A stretch of 63,951 nucleotides of DNA, filler included, from Octopus bimaculoides (Eukaryota): NCBI RefSeq assembly GCF_001194135.2. It is 6 parts of 6 records of this genome, joined end to end, with 100 filler letters (N's around TTAATTAATTAA, not from the genome) between each part and the next. Parts side by side here need not be neighbours in the genome. Positions count along the whole stretch, not along the records: positions 1 to 23,463 come from NC_068992.1; 5 more parts are not named here. One strand, given 5' to 3'. The position numbers were made by a program, and so were the translations under genes. How positions within the stretch are numbered: position 1 is the first letter of the stretch; the number at the start of each line of letters is the position of its first letter. The notes below the pieces were generated by a model. The model was not told the origin of the DNA, ran no database searches, and worked only from the letters and a program-made list of their open reading frames with translations. Shown one piece after another: positions 1-12,160 of the stretch.

Positions 1-524
1 AATGGTGAATGCAGCGACGCGCTGTGACAGCGCGTACCTCCATACTACTATGTCAAAAATTCAAATACAGCAATGTCAGGCATGGAACAACATGAAAGCT
101 AAACCTTTGACTGAAGCAAAGATAGAATGCCTAACGATAGCGTAGCTGAGGATTAATGTTTTTCCAATTTAAATACAACAATGTCAAAGCATTGAACAAC
201 ACTGCTTTTAAAAATTTAAATACAGCGATATCAGACATTTAAGGTCAGCAATGTTAAATATTTAACAACACATTTATTTTGAGGGTTACATACTTCAGAT
301 CTTTAATGATAAATTCGTTGAATTGTCAGTCTCAATGATCAAAAGATATACTCTTGACAAAGCGAGAGAATGAAGCAATCTCGATATCTCTCCGGTAGAA
401 GTGTTTTCATATACCTTCATGATAAGAATACCATTGGGAAAGACTTGAAAGCCACCACATTCTACCTTTTCTCTTCTAAATATAGCTAGCGCACAGTTAA
501 AATTATAATGAATTAGGCGAGTTA

Positions 525-735
525 GGCGGCGAGGTTGTAGAATCAATAGTGCGTCGGACAAAATGCTTAGTGGTATTTCTTCCAACTCTTTACATTCTTT
601 GTTAAAAACCCACTGATGTCAACTTTATTTTTCATCCTTTTGGAGGCGATAAAGCACTAGTCAAGCACTGGGGTCGATATAGTCGACTCACACCCTTCCA
701 CTAAGATTGCTGGCATCGTGTAAAAATTTGAAAAC
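525..735 (+). mobile_element. tRNA-derived SINE, family A (diverged copy)
   Basis: Shares head GGCGGCGAG..AGAATC..GGACAAAATGCTTAG and tail CACTGGGGTCGAT..GTCGACT..AAATTTGAA with many other copies in the window (e.g. 15764-15958, 40646-40790). Boundaries approximate. Confidence 0.75.
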
Positions 736-1194
736 GTTATGTATTTGTTGACTATTTTATCAAAGATTGCGTTCCGAATGTTATTTGCCTGGAAATGAAT
801 TCTGTCGTATTTATAAGAAAGCAGACAGCTAGAAGGATGAAGATATCAGCTGTGCTATAATGGTATGGGGTCGTTTGGAGTCTCCGTACGCTAGGAAGGT
901 TAGAGGTGAAGTGGATGACAATATATTTCACTTAACAAGGTAGCATGTGGTTAATATCTATTAGTATCTTCCATTGTCCCTTAGTGAGAAGTAAGTTTTA
1001 TTTCCCTGTGGTGGGAATGAAATGAGAATGAGATGTAAGGGGACAATGTTTTTGAGATTCCGGTTCGAATGTAAGGCAGATTTGAAAGGGTTCCCAATAG
1101 TTATTAGTTGCAGTGGTAGAATGTTTATGACGAATACGTATGTATACATTTATATATGTGAGCAAATAGTTTCACTATAATCGTGAAAGTATTA

Positions 1195-1500
1195 AACTGA
1201 AAGTATCTCGCATTGCAATAGAGATATTATTGTTTCACTTTTGACACGTAATACTGAAATAGTGTAAGAGATAAGAGATTGCTGTGGGCTCGCATTAGGC
1301 AAAAAGTTGAATTTTTTTGGCCCATGACATTGCACTGTAAGTAAGGCATATGTAAAATTTGAATGAAATCGGTTGGGTAGTTCTCGAATCTTAGTGACTC
1401 ACACAGACACGCATACACAGACACGCACACACAGACACGCAAACACAGACAGACACACAGACACACAGAAAGACACACATTCTCATCTTTATATTATAGA
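1195..1500 (-). mobile_element. Non-autonomous Helitron-like element
   Basis: Minus strand begins A|TCTATAATATAAAGATGAGAATGTG, then a (CTGT/GTGT)n tract, then AACTACCCAACCGATTTCATTCAAATTTT, and ends near an imperfect hairpin at about 1203-1227. This layout resembles non-autonomous Helitrons. No coding sequence. Confidence 0.5.
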
Positions 1501-1929
1501 TAATGCAGTTGTAAGATTTCCTTGGATAACAAAAACTGAATGACGAGGCTGAGGGTTTGTATTTTGTGAACACTATTATATCCATGAATCGTTTTGTAGC
1601 TAATAACAGAAACAGCAATATGAAAACGACGTAAGCTTGTAATATAGAGTTCATTCCCCCCTCCGAAATAAATCTTCTGAGATGATAAATCAACATTCCA
1701 CTCACAGCAATATGTACCTGTTTTCTCCTTAAATCCCCGAATAATTCTTAGGGATTAGGAAAGCGGATTAGCTTTAGCTTAATTTAAAGTAACCCCGTAT
1801 TGCACCTGAAATACTTGAAGATTGAAACATGAAATTTAAGTATTTGTCCGCCCATCTATCATTCACTCGCTGATTACATCGCATTGTTGAAAATTTAATA
1901 TCTTGATTGTATTTCATTGAAATAACTAT

Positions 1930-2094
1930 CACAGTTGAGTGGTTAAGGAAGCCGCTTTGCAATCACACGGTTTCGGGTTCAGTCCCTCTGTGTGCTATCA
2001 GGAACAAATGACTTCAAGCGTAACTCAGGATCGACCAATGCCTTATGAGCGAATCTGATAGACGGAAACTGTTCGGAAGCCCGTCGTATATATA
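1930..2094 (+). mobile_element. tRNA-derived SINE, family B (5' part, runs into gap)
   Basis: A-box-like GAGTGGTTAAG, B-box-like GGTTCAGTCCC, then GACCAATGCCTTATGAG..AGACGGAAACTG shared with other copies. Confidence 0.7.
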
Positions 2095-2986
2095 NNNNNN
2101 NNNNNNNNNNNNNNNNNNNNNNNNNNNNNNNNNNNNNNNNNNNNNNNNNNNNNNNNNNNNNNNNNNNNNNNNNNNNNNNNNNNNNNNNNNNNNNNNNNNN
2201 NNNNNNNNNNNNNNNNNNNNNNNNNNNNNNNNNNNNNNNNNNNNNNNNNNNNNNNNNNNNNNNNNNNNNNNNNNNNNNNNNNNNNNNNNNNNNNNNNNNN
2301 NNNNNNNNNNNNNNNNNNNNNNNNNNNNNNNNNNNNNNNNNNNNNNNNNNNNNNNNNNNNNNNNNNNNNNNNNNNNNNNNNNNNNNNNNNNNNNNNNNNN
2401 NNNNNNNNNNNNNNNNNNNNNNNNNNNNNNNNNNNNNNNNNNNNNNNNNNNNNNNNNNNNNNNNNNNNNNNNNNNNNNNNNNNNNNNNNNNNNNNNNNNN
2501 NNNNNNNNNNNNNNNNNNNNNNNNNNNNNNNNNNNNNNNNNNNNNNNNNNNNNNNNNNNNNNNNNNNNNNNNNNNNNNNNNNNNNNNNNNNNNNNNNNNN
2601 NNNNNNNNNNNNNNNNNNNNNNNNNNNNNNNNNNNNNNNNNNNNNNNNNNNNNNNNNNNNNNNNNNNNNNNNNNNNNNNNNNNNNNNNNNNNNNNNNNNN
2701 NNNNNNNNNNNNNNNNNNNNNNNNNNNNNNNNNNNNNNNNNNNNNNNNNNNNGAGGAGAAAAGAGGCAGAATAAGAGAGAGAGAGAGAAAAAGAAAAAGC
2801 AAATAAAACGAAGAAAAAAAAAAGAAAATGAAAAAAGCAAATTTAAAATTGAAAAAGCAAATAAAACGAAGCAAAATAAAAAGAAAATGAAAAAAGCAAA
2901 TTTAAAATGAAAAAAAGGAAATTTAACGAAGGAATGTCAGGAGTTATGGAGATTAAATATGCTTTACACCGCTTAATCAGCCAAAG

Positions 2987-3197
2987 GAGTAAATGTAAAC
3001 AACTGAATACTTGTCAGTGATTGGTTGAAATTATCGAAATAAGACAATTTTTTACATGAAATAAATTCGAATACAAAAATATTTTTGTGTTCTATAACAC
3101 AAAATAGATAAGTATACGAAGTTTGAAAGTCTTTCGGTACCAAAAACACTACGTAAAACATTAATGAAAACTGTGGCCCCCGTTTTAAAATAGATCC
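2987..3197. mobile_element. One arm of a long-TIR MITE/foldback family
   Basis: Near-identical reverse complement of 57008-57218. Ends in GGCCCCCGTTTTAAAATAGATCC like the termini of the element at 57008-57561. Confidence 0.8.
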
Positions 3198-3288
3198 GCT
3201 GATCCTCCTATATTTTCTTTGACCCAAAGCCAGGAACTTTTCGACAACTCCTCGTACATGTGTAACTACGTGTAGTGTGTGTGTGGGT

Positions 3289-3329
<41 letters not shown>

Positions 3330-4995
3330 GTATTTAATATGGGATCTGCACGCGTATGTGAAGGAAGAAATACGTTTTAATATTAAATCGTCTATTTAAA
3401 TCAATACACTGCTTATTGATTTTTTAAATACTACTCTTTAACAAAAACATATGGAGCAATGGGGGAGACTGTATGTTGTAATAATCAATACATTTTACAA
3501 CGGTCGTGTATGAAGAAATTAGAAGTGTTTGTCGAAAATTAACCAATATATATATATACATACACATAAATGCATATATACATATGTGCATTTATATATA
3601 TATATATATATATATATANNNNNNNNNNNNNNNNNNNNNNNNNNNNNNNNNNNNNNNNNNNNNNNNNNNNNNNNNNNNNNNNNNNNNNNNNNNNNNNNNN
3701 NNNNNNNNNNNNNNNNNNNNNNNNNNNNNNNNNNNNNNNNNNNNNNNNNNNNNNNNNNNNNNNNNNNNNNNNNNNNNNNNNNNNNNNNNNNNNNNNNNNN
3801 NNNNNNNNNNNNNNNNNNNNNNNNNNNNNNNNNNNNNNNNNNNNNNNNNNNNNNNNNNNNNNNNNNNNNNNNNNNNNNNNNNNNNNNNNNNNNNNNNNNN
3901 NNNNNNNNNNNNNNNNNNNNNNNNNNNNNNNNNNNNNNNNNNNNNNNNNNNNNNNNNNNNNNNNNNNNNNNNNNNNNNNNNNNNNNNNNNNNNNNNNNNN
4001 NNNNNNNNNNNATATATATATATATATCTTTATATATATTGCGAGGGAATATTTGAGGACACTTTTGTTGATTTAATTAAAGAACTCTAATCTAACAAAA
4101 ATCAAACGTATTTTAATAACATTTTGTGCACATGCTCCCGAGACGCTTTCTCATAAGATTACTCTATGAATCCGCCTTCCTCTTCGACGGCCGTTTCTAT
4201 GCAGGACTGAAATCCTTGACATGCATACATTAATCATTTCGAGCACACTCTAAACAATGGTGGCATTCCGTGAAGCTATGGTATGCCATTGTAGGTCTGT
4301 CGATCATTCACGCTTTCAACAAAACTCTAAATGTATTAATCTATGGGATTTACATCTGGCAAGTTTGGTGTCCACATGTTTGACGTTAAATGATCATAAA
4401 TATTGTCTGCCATCCATTGTTGGCTTATGTCGGCTTTGCGTGAAAGTAGTGAGTCTATTTGAAACATGTATGACTTTTCATTTTCTAAGTAATCCACTCA
4501 GGGTTCAACTTCTGTCACCAGTACGTTAAAGTATCCAGCAGCATTAATTCAAAGCGCTCGTGTATAGATGTGAAGTGGCCTGAAATTCTATCCGTAACAA
4601 ATATAATATCGCTACATACATACATATATATCTATCTATCTATATCTATCTATCTATCTATATATNNNNNNNNNNNNNNNNNNNNNNNNNNNNNNNNNNN
4701 NNNNNNNNNNNNNNNNNNNNNNNNNNNNNNNNNNNNNNNNNNNNNNNNNNNNNNNNNNNNNNNNNNNNNNNNNNNNNNNNNNNNNNNNNNNNNNNNNNNN
4801 NNNNNNNNNNNNNNNNNNNNNNNNNNNNNNNNNNNNNNNNNNNNNNNNNNNNNNNNNNNNNNNNNNNNNNNNNNNNNNNNTATATAAAATATCTACCTAT
4901 CTATATATCTATTTATTTGTCTTTCTGTATGTCTGTCTGTCTATCTGTCTCTCTGTGTGACTGTCTATCTGTCTATGTATCTTGTCTTTTATCTT

Positions 4996-5415
4996 TTGTT
5001 TCAATCATTAGACCGTCGCCATGCTGGAGGACTGCTTCGAAGAGTTTTAGTCGAATGAGTCGACACCAGGCCATTTTTGTCAAGTTGTGGTAATTATTCT
5101 ATGGTTACTTTCGTTGAACCGCTAGATTACGAGGACGTAAACACACAACCATTGGTTGTCAAGCGATGGTGGGGGAAAACACAATGATACATTCACACAC
5201 CCACCCACGCATTACTACACACACACACACGCATATACATATATATATACGATGGGCTTCTTTCAATTTCTGGCTGCCAAATCCACTCACAAGTCGTTGG
5301 TCATACCGAGCCTATACTAGAAGACTAGAAGATACTTTCCCAAGGTCCCATGTATTTGGACTGAACGCAAGACCTTGTAGTTGCGAAGCAAGCTTCTTAC
5401 CACACAACCACACCT
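4996..5415 (-). mobile_element. tRNA-derived SINE, family B, near full length
   Basis: Reverse complement has the head GGTTGTGTGGTAAGAAGCTTGCTT..GGTTCAGTC-like B box, an internal microsatellite and the tail CCAGCATGGCGACGGTCTAATGATTGAAAC, homologous to 22734-23118 and 11874-12160. Confidence 0.8.
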
Positions 5416-6341
5416 GTATCTACGTATATATGTATGTATACACGCACACATACACACACACTCGCACTCACTCACACATACACACACAGGCTCACACAAA
5501 AGTTCTTCCTAATGAATATTTTAATATTTCATGCGATTAAAAATATTATTGTTATAATTAAAAAAGCAGTTTATTCTTTAGATATTTTAAAAGTAACAAC
5601 TCTATCATTGCGACCGTTTCAGGATTATATGCCGACCCGATTTGGCTCACAATATACACCCGCTAAGATAGCAAACGATTTCCTAAACTATAATCTAATA
5701 TATAATTTGAACTACCTGACCTTCAAATAATCTCATGCAATTTCATTTTCTAAGTAGTATAGTAAATCTACTGATCTGGAATAAAAAGTAAAACGCAAAA
5801 TAATCTCTCCTCGTGTTCTATAAAATATGGCTTCGTTGTTCAAATTGCATTGTATAAGACATAATGTGGAATATTTTTTCGATTGGTAAAAATAATCGAT
5901 TCTATTCAGATTTTCCAACTTATGGAGTAAGTATGTAGTTGTATTATATTTTTCTCCTCCTTCATAATAACGGTTATAAGTGACATAAATTGATTCAGCT
6001 ACTCATTCATTCGGCAGAATGAGACAGTAGTTACAGGTTGATAGAATCAATGCAATGTCAGTACAGGACAAAAAGTTGTCATGCCGATATTTCTGAGTAG
6101 TGAGTATATATTTATACATACATACATACGTACGTATGTACGTACGTACATACATATTTACACACACACACACATATATTATATACATGTATGTACATAT
6201 ACCCAAAAAGGGAGAAGAAAGATTAAATACGTTGCATACTTTATGCTTTTTCCTCATTCCTTGATTTCAAATTCAAATTCCTAATACCGCTAAGTTTTAT
6301 ATAAAAAGATTACCTCCCTCACACAAGCTGTGTAACAAAAC

Positions 6342-6472
<131 letters not shown>

Positions 6473-6507
6473 AACGTAGTATGCATGTATATATACATAA
6501 TACATAC

Positions 6508-6538
<31 letters not shown>

Positions 6539-6540
6539 GC

Positions 6541-6619
6541 GGTTGTCTTAATAACTGATGAGATGCCGGAGCAGACTTCAGCCCCGACATCCGAAAATCT
6601 GAGTTTTATTATGACAACC
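6541..6619 (+). ncRNA. Type I hammerhead ribozyme motif
   Basis: Stem I GGTTGTC(TTA bulge)ATAA 6541-6554 / TTATGACAACC 6609-6619; core CTGATGA 6555-6561; long stem II GATGCCGGAGCAGA / TCAGCCCCGACATCC; GAAA 6593-6596; weak stem III; UUA cleavage triplet 6606-6608. Folded by eye. Confidence 0.7.
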
Positions 6620-6741
6620 AACTAATTAATTGTCACATATTATATTTATAGATAAATTCCTCTATTTTACATAATATCGAGGTCTCATTCATTCTTTTGT
6701 TGTCATATTATTATTATTAATATATACATATATTTATATAT

Positions 6742-6786
<45 letters not shown>

Positions 6787-7388
6787 CATGTATACATATA
6801 TATATATACACGCACACATATATACATACACACATATATATACATAAATATACATATATATATAAATATATATATAGANNNNNNNNNNATAGAGAGAGAG
6901 ATAGAGAATCAACAGGTGAGATCCAGTGATGCTCAGCGTAGCTGTAAATCTGTTCTCCCTGGAGACGGAGACTGGATTTACGGTAATGTTTATATGAATT
7001 CGCTATTGATGGTATATTCTTGACTTTTTGCACACTCTATCAACCAACACTACGACGATTATGTCATTCTAAGATCCCAGGAACTGTTGTCGAACCTAAT
7101 ACACCATGCCCTCTCCCCTTAGTTTTCTGTAGTTTTTGTACTCAATGTAAATCTGCTCCTGTTAGATCAATTTAGATCCTACGAAATAAGTACAACAGAT
7201 TTTGTTACTTTTTGCTCTGTCAATTTGGCCTTTAGATATTTTAAATTTTATGGTTGCCTTTGACAGTTAATAGAGATTCTTTAATAGATTTTACCGAGAT
7301 TGGATGACTATTATAGAAATAAAATCTATTCTTGTCCGAATGTAAAATTTTGTTTTTTACAGAGTACAAGTGAATTTCAAATAGAGTA

Positions 7389-7654
7389 CAGTAATCCCTC
7401 TCCATATCGCGGTTCACTTATCACGCACTCAGTACATCGCGGTTCACCTATTTTGCACTCACTACATCGCGGTTCCCTTATCGCGCACTCAGTACATCGC
7501 AGATTTTTCTGGCTAATATATGTAAATTTATATCGCGGACTCCTCAGTATATCGCAGGCTTCTTCGGCCGATAGGTATTTATATTTTTTTAGATTTTAAT
7601 TATTTCTGTGGGAGGTTTTGGAACACGATATCCGCGATAGTCGGGGGACTACTG
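7389..7654. mobile_element. Tc1/pogo (Tigger-like) MITE with TA target duplication
   Basis: TA|CAGTAATCCCTCTCCATATCGCGG at the left and CCGCGATAGTCGGGGGACTACTG|TA at the right form imperfect TIRs with TA on both sides. Confidence 0.75.
7405..7500 (+). repeat. 30-bp tandem repeat, about 3.2 copies, inside the MITE
   Basis: Units at 7405, 7435 and 7465 of consensus CATCGCGGTTCACTTATCGCGCACTCAGTA. Confidence 0.9.
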
Positions 7655-7679
7655 TACACCTATTTGTGCATTCACTTGT

Positions 7680-8080
7680 TTCTTCCGACGACCGAAATTG
7701 GAAATTTGTTTGCCGTAGTTAGGCGATTATTTATTAGGTCTTGGTTAGTTTTCTGTTTTAGAGGTGTAATTTTAGTTATTATCTTCATCTGTCTCCTCTA
7801 ATTGAATCTGTAACAATTGCGCATATACGTCTTGCAATATTAAATGCAATATTTTTATATGGGATAAATGGCAAGATCTAAAGCCTAAGTACTGGCACGT
7901 ATCTGATTCTATGCAGAAAAAACCAGCTGTAAGAATTTCCTTTTCTTTAATTATCAGACTCTTTAGAAATTGAAGTGCCTTTTCATTAATTTCGATTGAG
8001 AATTTGATCGCATCATGAATAGTATTGATTAATTTTTGAATTCCTTTAAAATCGATCGCTTTTTTTTTTTTTTTGCTCAA
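7680..8080 (-). mobile_element. Penelope-like element remnant (C-terminal RT region)
   Basis: Minus translation INTIHDAIKFSIEINEKALQFL..ESDTCQYLGFRSCHLSHIK then, after a frameshift, NIARRICAIVTDS. Matches the Penelope RT pattern IHPxIKFTxE..LPFLD..TDTxQYLxFxSCHPxHxK..LARRICxIV as I recall it. Confidence 0.8.
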
Positions 8081-8402
8081 AAATATGAAATAGACATTGA
8101 GTAATCTTTTCCAATTTTCATTAAAATGGATTTTAATACTGTGGCTTGAAATAATCCCAGATCAGATTTGCATTTATCAGTGAAGAATCCCAGCAGTATT
8201 ATTGCAAAACTGGGTGCGATTTTTAAAACGGATTTATCCGACAGAGATTGCGACTGCCGCTAGAAGACAGCTCCTTTATGGATACATTTTACGTTTAAGT
8301 AAAAAGATGGCACCGGACACAATGTCCACACCTAATTCTCTAAATCAATACAGTGTCACATACGTCGGACATACATATGTATGTGTATATATAAATATAT
8401 GC

Positions 8403-8438
<36 letters not shown>

Positions 8439-9064
8439 CAACTGTATCGTCTGTGTCACATGTATGATTCAGGCTAATGAGTGTGACAGCACTGGTCACA
8501 ATGCACTTCTTGTGTTTTTTGGTCCAATTTGTTTACAGCCTGGCCAAGATATATACACACAACACAAACAACACACAACGCACAACCACATACACACACA
8601 AACACACACAATAAGTATGTGCACGTATGCATGTGTATCTGTGCACCTGAACTGTATTTTACTCACACACATCAAGACAGAGGCGAATGAAACAAGATGC
8701 ATCTACTGTTGGACGTCTGCAAATATCAACATAAAACAGTATATTTATAAGAGTTGTTGTGTAGTCTACAAACAAAATAAGATATCATGCAAGAAAATGA
8801 AATCTTCATCCAAAATTTTGCCTGAATTGATGCTGCATTTGCTTTCCCTGCATCGATTAGCAAGACAGAGATTTATTGATCAAAGTAGAATTCAGAACAT
8901 TTGTCATCAAACAAACGAAATTGGATCCTGTTCCTTTGAGAAAGCTTATGAACGAAAAGTTTTCACGAACGATTCAAGTTAAACTGCATATTTAAACTGT
9001 TAATTACGTACCGGAAGCTAAAAGTGAGAGGTTTCTATGTAAACATGTGTATGTAACCGAGGAT

Positions 9065-9103
<39 letters not shown>

Positions 9104-10002
9104 TGCGTGTGTGTATATGTGTATGTATATATATATATGTATATGCATGTACTTATATATATTTTTACATACATAATATATAAAGAGGGGGAGGGATATT
9201 GATCTAAGTATATATCACACACGCACACACACACATATATATATATATATATAGGTGAGTATATATATNNNNNNNNNNNNNNNNNNNNNNNNNNNNNNNN
9301 NNNNNNNNNNNNNNNNNNNNNNNNNNNNNNNNNNNNNNNNNNNNNNNNNNNNNNNNNNNNNNNNNNNNNNNNNNNNNNNNNNNNNNNNNNNNNNNNNNNN
9401 NNNNNNNNNNNNNNNNNNNNNNNNNNNNNNNNNNNNNNNNNNNNNNNNNNNNNNNNNNNNNNNNNNNNNNNNNNNNNNNNNNNNNNNNNNNNNNNNNNNN
9501 NNNNNNNNNNNNNNNNNNNNNNNNNNNNNNNNNNNNNNNNNNNNNNNNNNNNNNNNNNNNNNNNNNNNNNNNNNNNNNNNNNNNNNNNNNNNNNNNNNNN
9601 NNNNNNNNNNNNNNNNNNNNNNNNNNNNNNNNNNNNNNNNNNNNNNNNNNNNNNNNNNNNNNNNNNNNNNNNNNNNNNNNNNNNNNNNNNNNNNNNNNNN
9701 NNNNNNNNNNNNNNNNNNNNNNNNNNNNNNNNNNNNNNNNNNNNNNNNNNNNNNNNNNNNNNNNNNNNNNNNNNNNNNNNNNNNNNNNNNNNNNNNNNNN
9801 NNNNNNNNNNNNNNNNNNNNNNNNNNNNNNNNNNNNNNNNNNNNNNNNNNNNNNNNNNNNNNNNNNNNNNNNNNNNNNNNNNNNNNNNNNNNNNNNNNNN
9901 NNNNNNNNNNNNNNNNNNNNNNNNNNNNNNNNNNNNNNNNNNNNNNNNNNNNNNNNNNNNNNNNNNNNNNNNNNNNNNNNNNNNNNNNNNNNNNNNNNNN
10001 NN

Positions 10003-10038
<36 letters not shown>

Positions 10039-10257
10039 AGCACAAATAAACACAAATGTCTAGATAATATTTCATGATATATATTTTTAATGTATTATAT
10101 ATGTAATATATATATATTTATATATGTGTGTGTTTCTATCTCTCTATCTGTCTATCTGAACTGAATGTACGTATGAATGTATTGTATTTTATTTACACAC
10201 AAACAGGTAAATGTAAGAAATAAACACTACGCACACATAAATACTGGTTCCAAGCTT

Positions 10258-10465
10258 TGCCAGAAGGCCAGAAAAGCTCAGGGGTGGGGGACTTAAATCG
10301 ATTACATCGACTCCAGTGTTCAACTGGTATTTATTTTACCGACCTCGAAAGGATGAAAGGCAAAGCCGACCTCGGTTCGAATTTGAACTTAGAACGTAAA
10401 GACGGACGTAATGCCGTTAAGCATTTTGTCCGGCGTGCTAGCGATTCTGCCAGCTCGCCGCCTTA
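10258..10465 (-). mobile_element. tRNA-derived SINE, family A
   Basis: Reverse complement of the family A head and body (GGCGGCGAGCTGGCAGAATCGCTAGCACGCCGGACAAAATGCTTAACGG), CpGs largely intact. Confidence 0.85.
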
Positions 10466-11873
10466 TGGGAATTGAAATTAAGAAGGACAGAGACAGTCAG
10501 ACAGAAATAAATATTTCAAATGATTTTAGTCTAACAGTTTCCGTTTTATTTGTAGTCTAAAGGTCATAAAAACACATCAGGTGATTCCGTTGCTCAGAGA
10601 TTTTACAAATAAGCCATGGAATACAACGAATGAAATACACTTTTTGTAAATATTTATGTTTGAAACTCGCAAAGATACAGTGATAAACGGTAACAAATTC
10701 TAACGGAAATGCATAGAAATTAATCCAAAGAATTTCCTTTTCTGCAACACTAAATGCCTGAAGTTCGCTAATCTAATCCTGTTGTCAAGGAATGCAATAT
10801 AAAATTCCGTGCTGGACGTCTTACATAGTATTTTTTTTCTTCTTTTAGTTACTTGTATGCAATCAACAACACGGCGTTGTTGTCCGATATGCGAAACAAA
10901 TCTGAACGACAAAGTTTACACTTTAAGTCAATACTACTGGTATTAATATAGTTAGTTATTCGATTTAACCAGTCGTTACATTTTCAAGTTTCCTAGGAAT
11001 GGGATGAAAAAAGAAAAACAAGCAATCGAGATATTATATCGCTCCATCCGGAAAAAAAGTTCCGTTCCTTATTCGTGTAACATTTGTGAAACTGGACAGA
11101 GCTGCCAACTGCCAGCATAGTGAATGAGTGATGGTACGGGTTGACGATAGAGCCTCTACATGTTCGGTTCGCATCACATCGGTTGGTCTGAAGGAATGAT
11201 ATTGAAGTACGAGTTAAACTTAAAGAGAAGTTAGTCGTGTCTGTAATATCTTTGAGTTCAAGAATCTTTTATCTTTTACCTGTTTCTTATTATTAGACTG
11301 CGGCAATGCTAGAGCACTACCATGAAGATTTTTTTGTCTTAGTTGAGCGAATCAGCTCTAGTACTTAGTTTTTTTGTTCTTTTTTATAAGCCTGGTANNN
11401 NNNNNNNNNNNNNNNNNNNNNNNNNNNNNNNNNNNNNNNNNNNNNNNNNNNNNNNNNNNNNNNNNNNNNNNNNNNNNNNNNNNNNNNNNNNNNNNNNNNN
11501 NNNNNNNNNNNNNNNNNNNNNNNNNNNNNNNNNNNNNNNNNNNNNNNNNNNNNNNNNNNNNNNNNNNNNNNNNNNNNNNNNNNNNNNNNNNNNNNNNNNN
11601 NNNNNNNNNNNNNNNNNNNNNNNNNNNNNNNNNNNNNNNNNNNNNNNNNNNNNNNNNNNNNNNNNNNNNNNNNNNNNNNNNNNNNNNNNNNNNNNNNNNN
11701 NNNNNNNNNNNNNNNNNNNNNNNNNNNNNNNNNNNNNNNNNNNNNNNNNNNNNNNNNNNNNNNNNNNNNNNNNNNNNNNNNNNNNNNNNNNNNNNNNNNN
11801 NNNNNNNNNNNNNNNNNNNNNNNNNNNNNNNNNNNNNNNNNNNNNNNNNNNNNNNNNNNNNNNNNNNNNNNNN

Positions 11874-12160
11874 TGAGTGGATTTGGTAGACGGAAACTGA
11901 AAGAAGCCTGTCGTATATATGTGTATATATATATATGTATATGTATGTGTGTGTATATGTTTGTGTGTCTGTGTTTGTCCCCCCAACTTCGCTTGACAAC
12001 CGACGCTGGTGTGTTTATGTCCCCGTAGCTTAGCGGTTCGGCAAAAGAGATCGATAAAATAAGTACTAGGCTTCCAAAGAATACGTTCTGGGGTCGATTT
12101 GCTCGACTAGAGGCGGTGCTCCAGCATGGCCGCAGTCAAATGACTGAAACAAGTAAAAAG
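11874..12160 (+). mobile_element. tRNA-derived SINE, family B (3' two thirds)
   Basis: TGAGTGGATTTGGTAGACGGAAACTGAAAGAAGCC..CCAGCATGGCCGCAGTCAAATGACTGAAACAAGTAAAA, homologous to other copies. Confidence 0.85.

Noticed and set aside
17-50. Perfect 9-bp GC-rich hairpin ACGCGCTGT-G-ACAGCGCGT as a Helitron 3' end or terminator
   Set aside because: Followed by CTAC, not CTRR, and the upstream context is outside the window; cannot be supported.
56-271. Three to four diverged 35-bp repeats (AAATACAGCAATGTCA core)
   Set aside because: Real but low-identity and irregularly spaced; no further structure or function inferable.
295-585. 96-aa minus ORF
   Set aside because: Its N-terminal part is the reverse strand of a SINE; the remainder has no recognisable homology or convincing splice pair.
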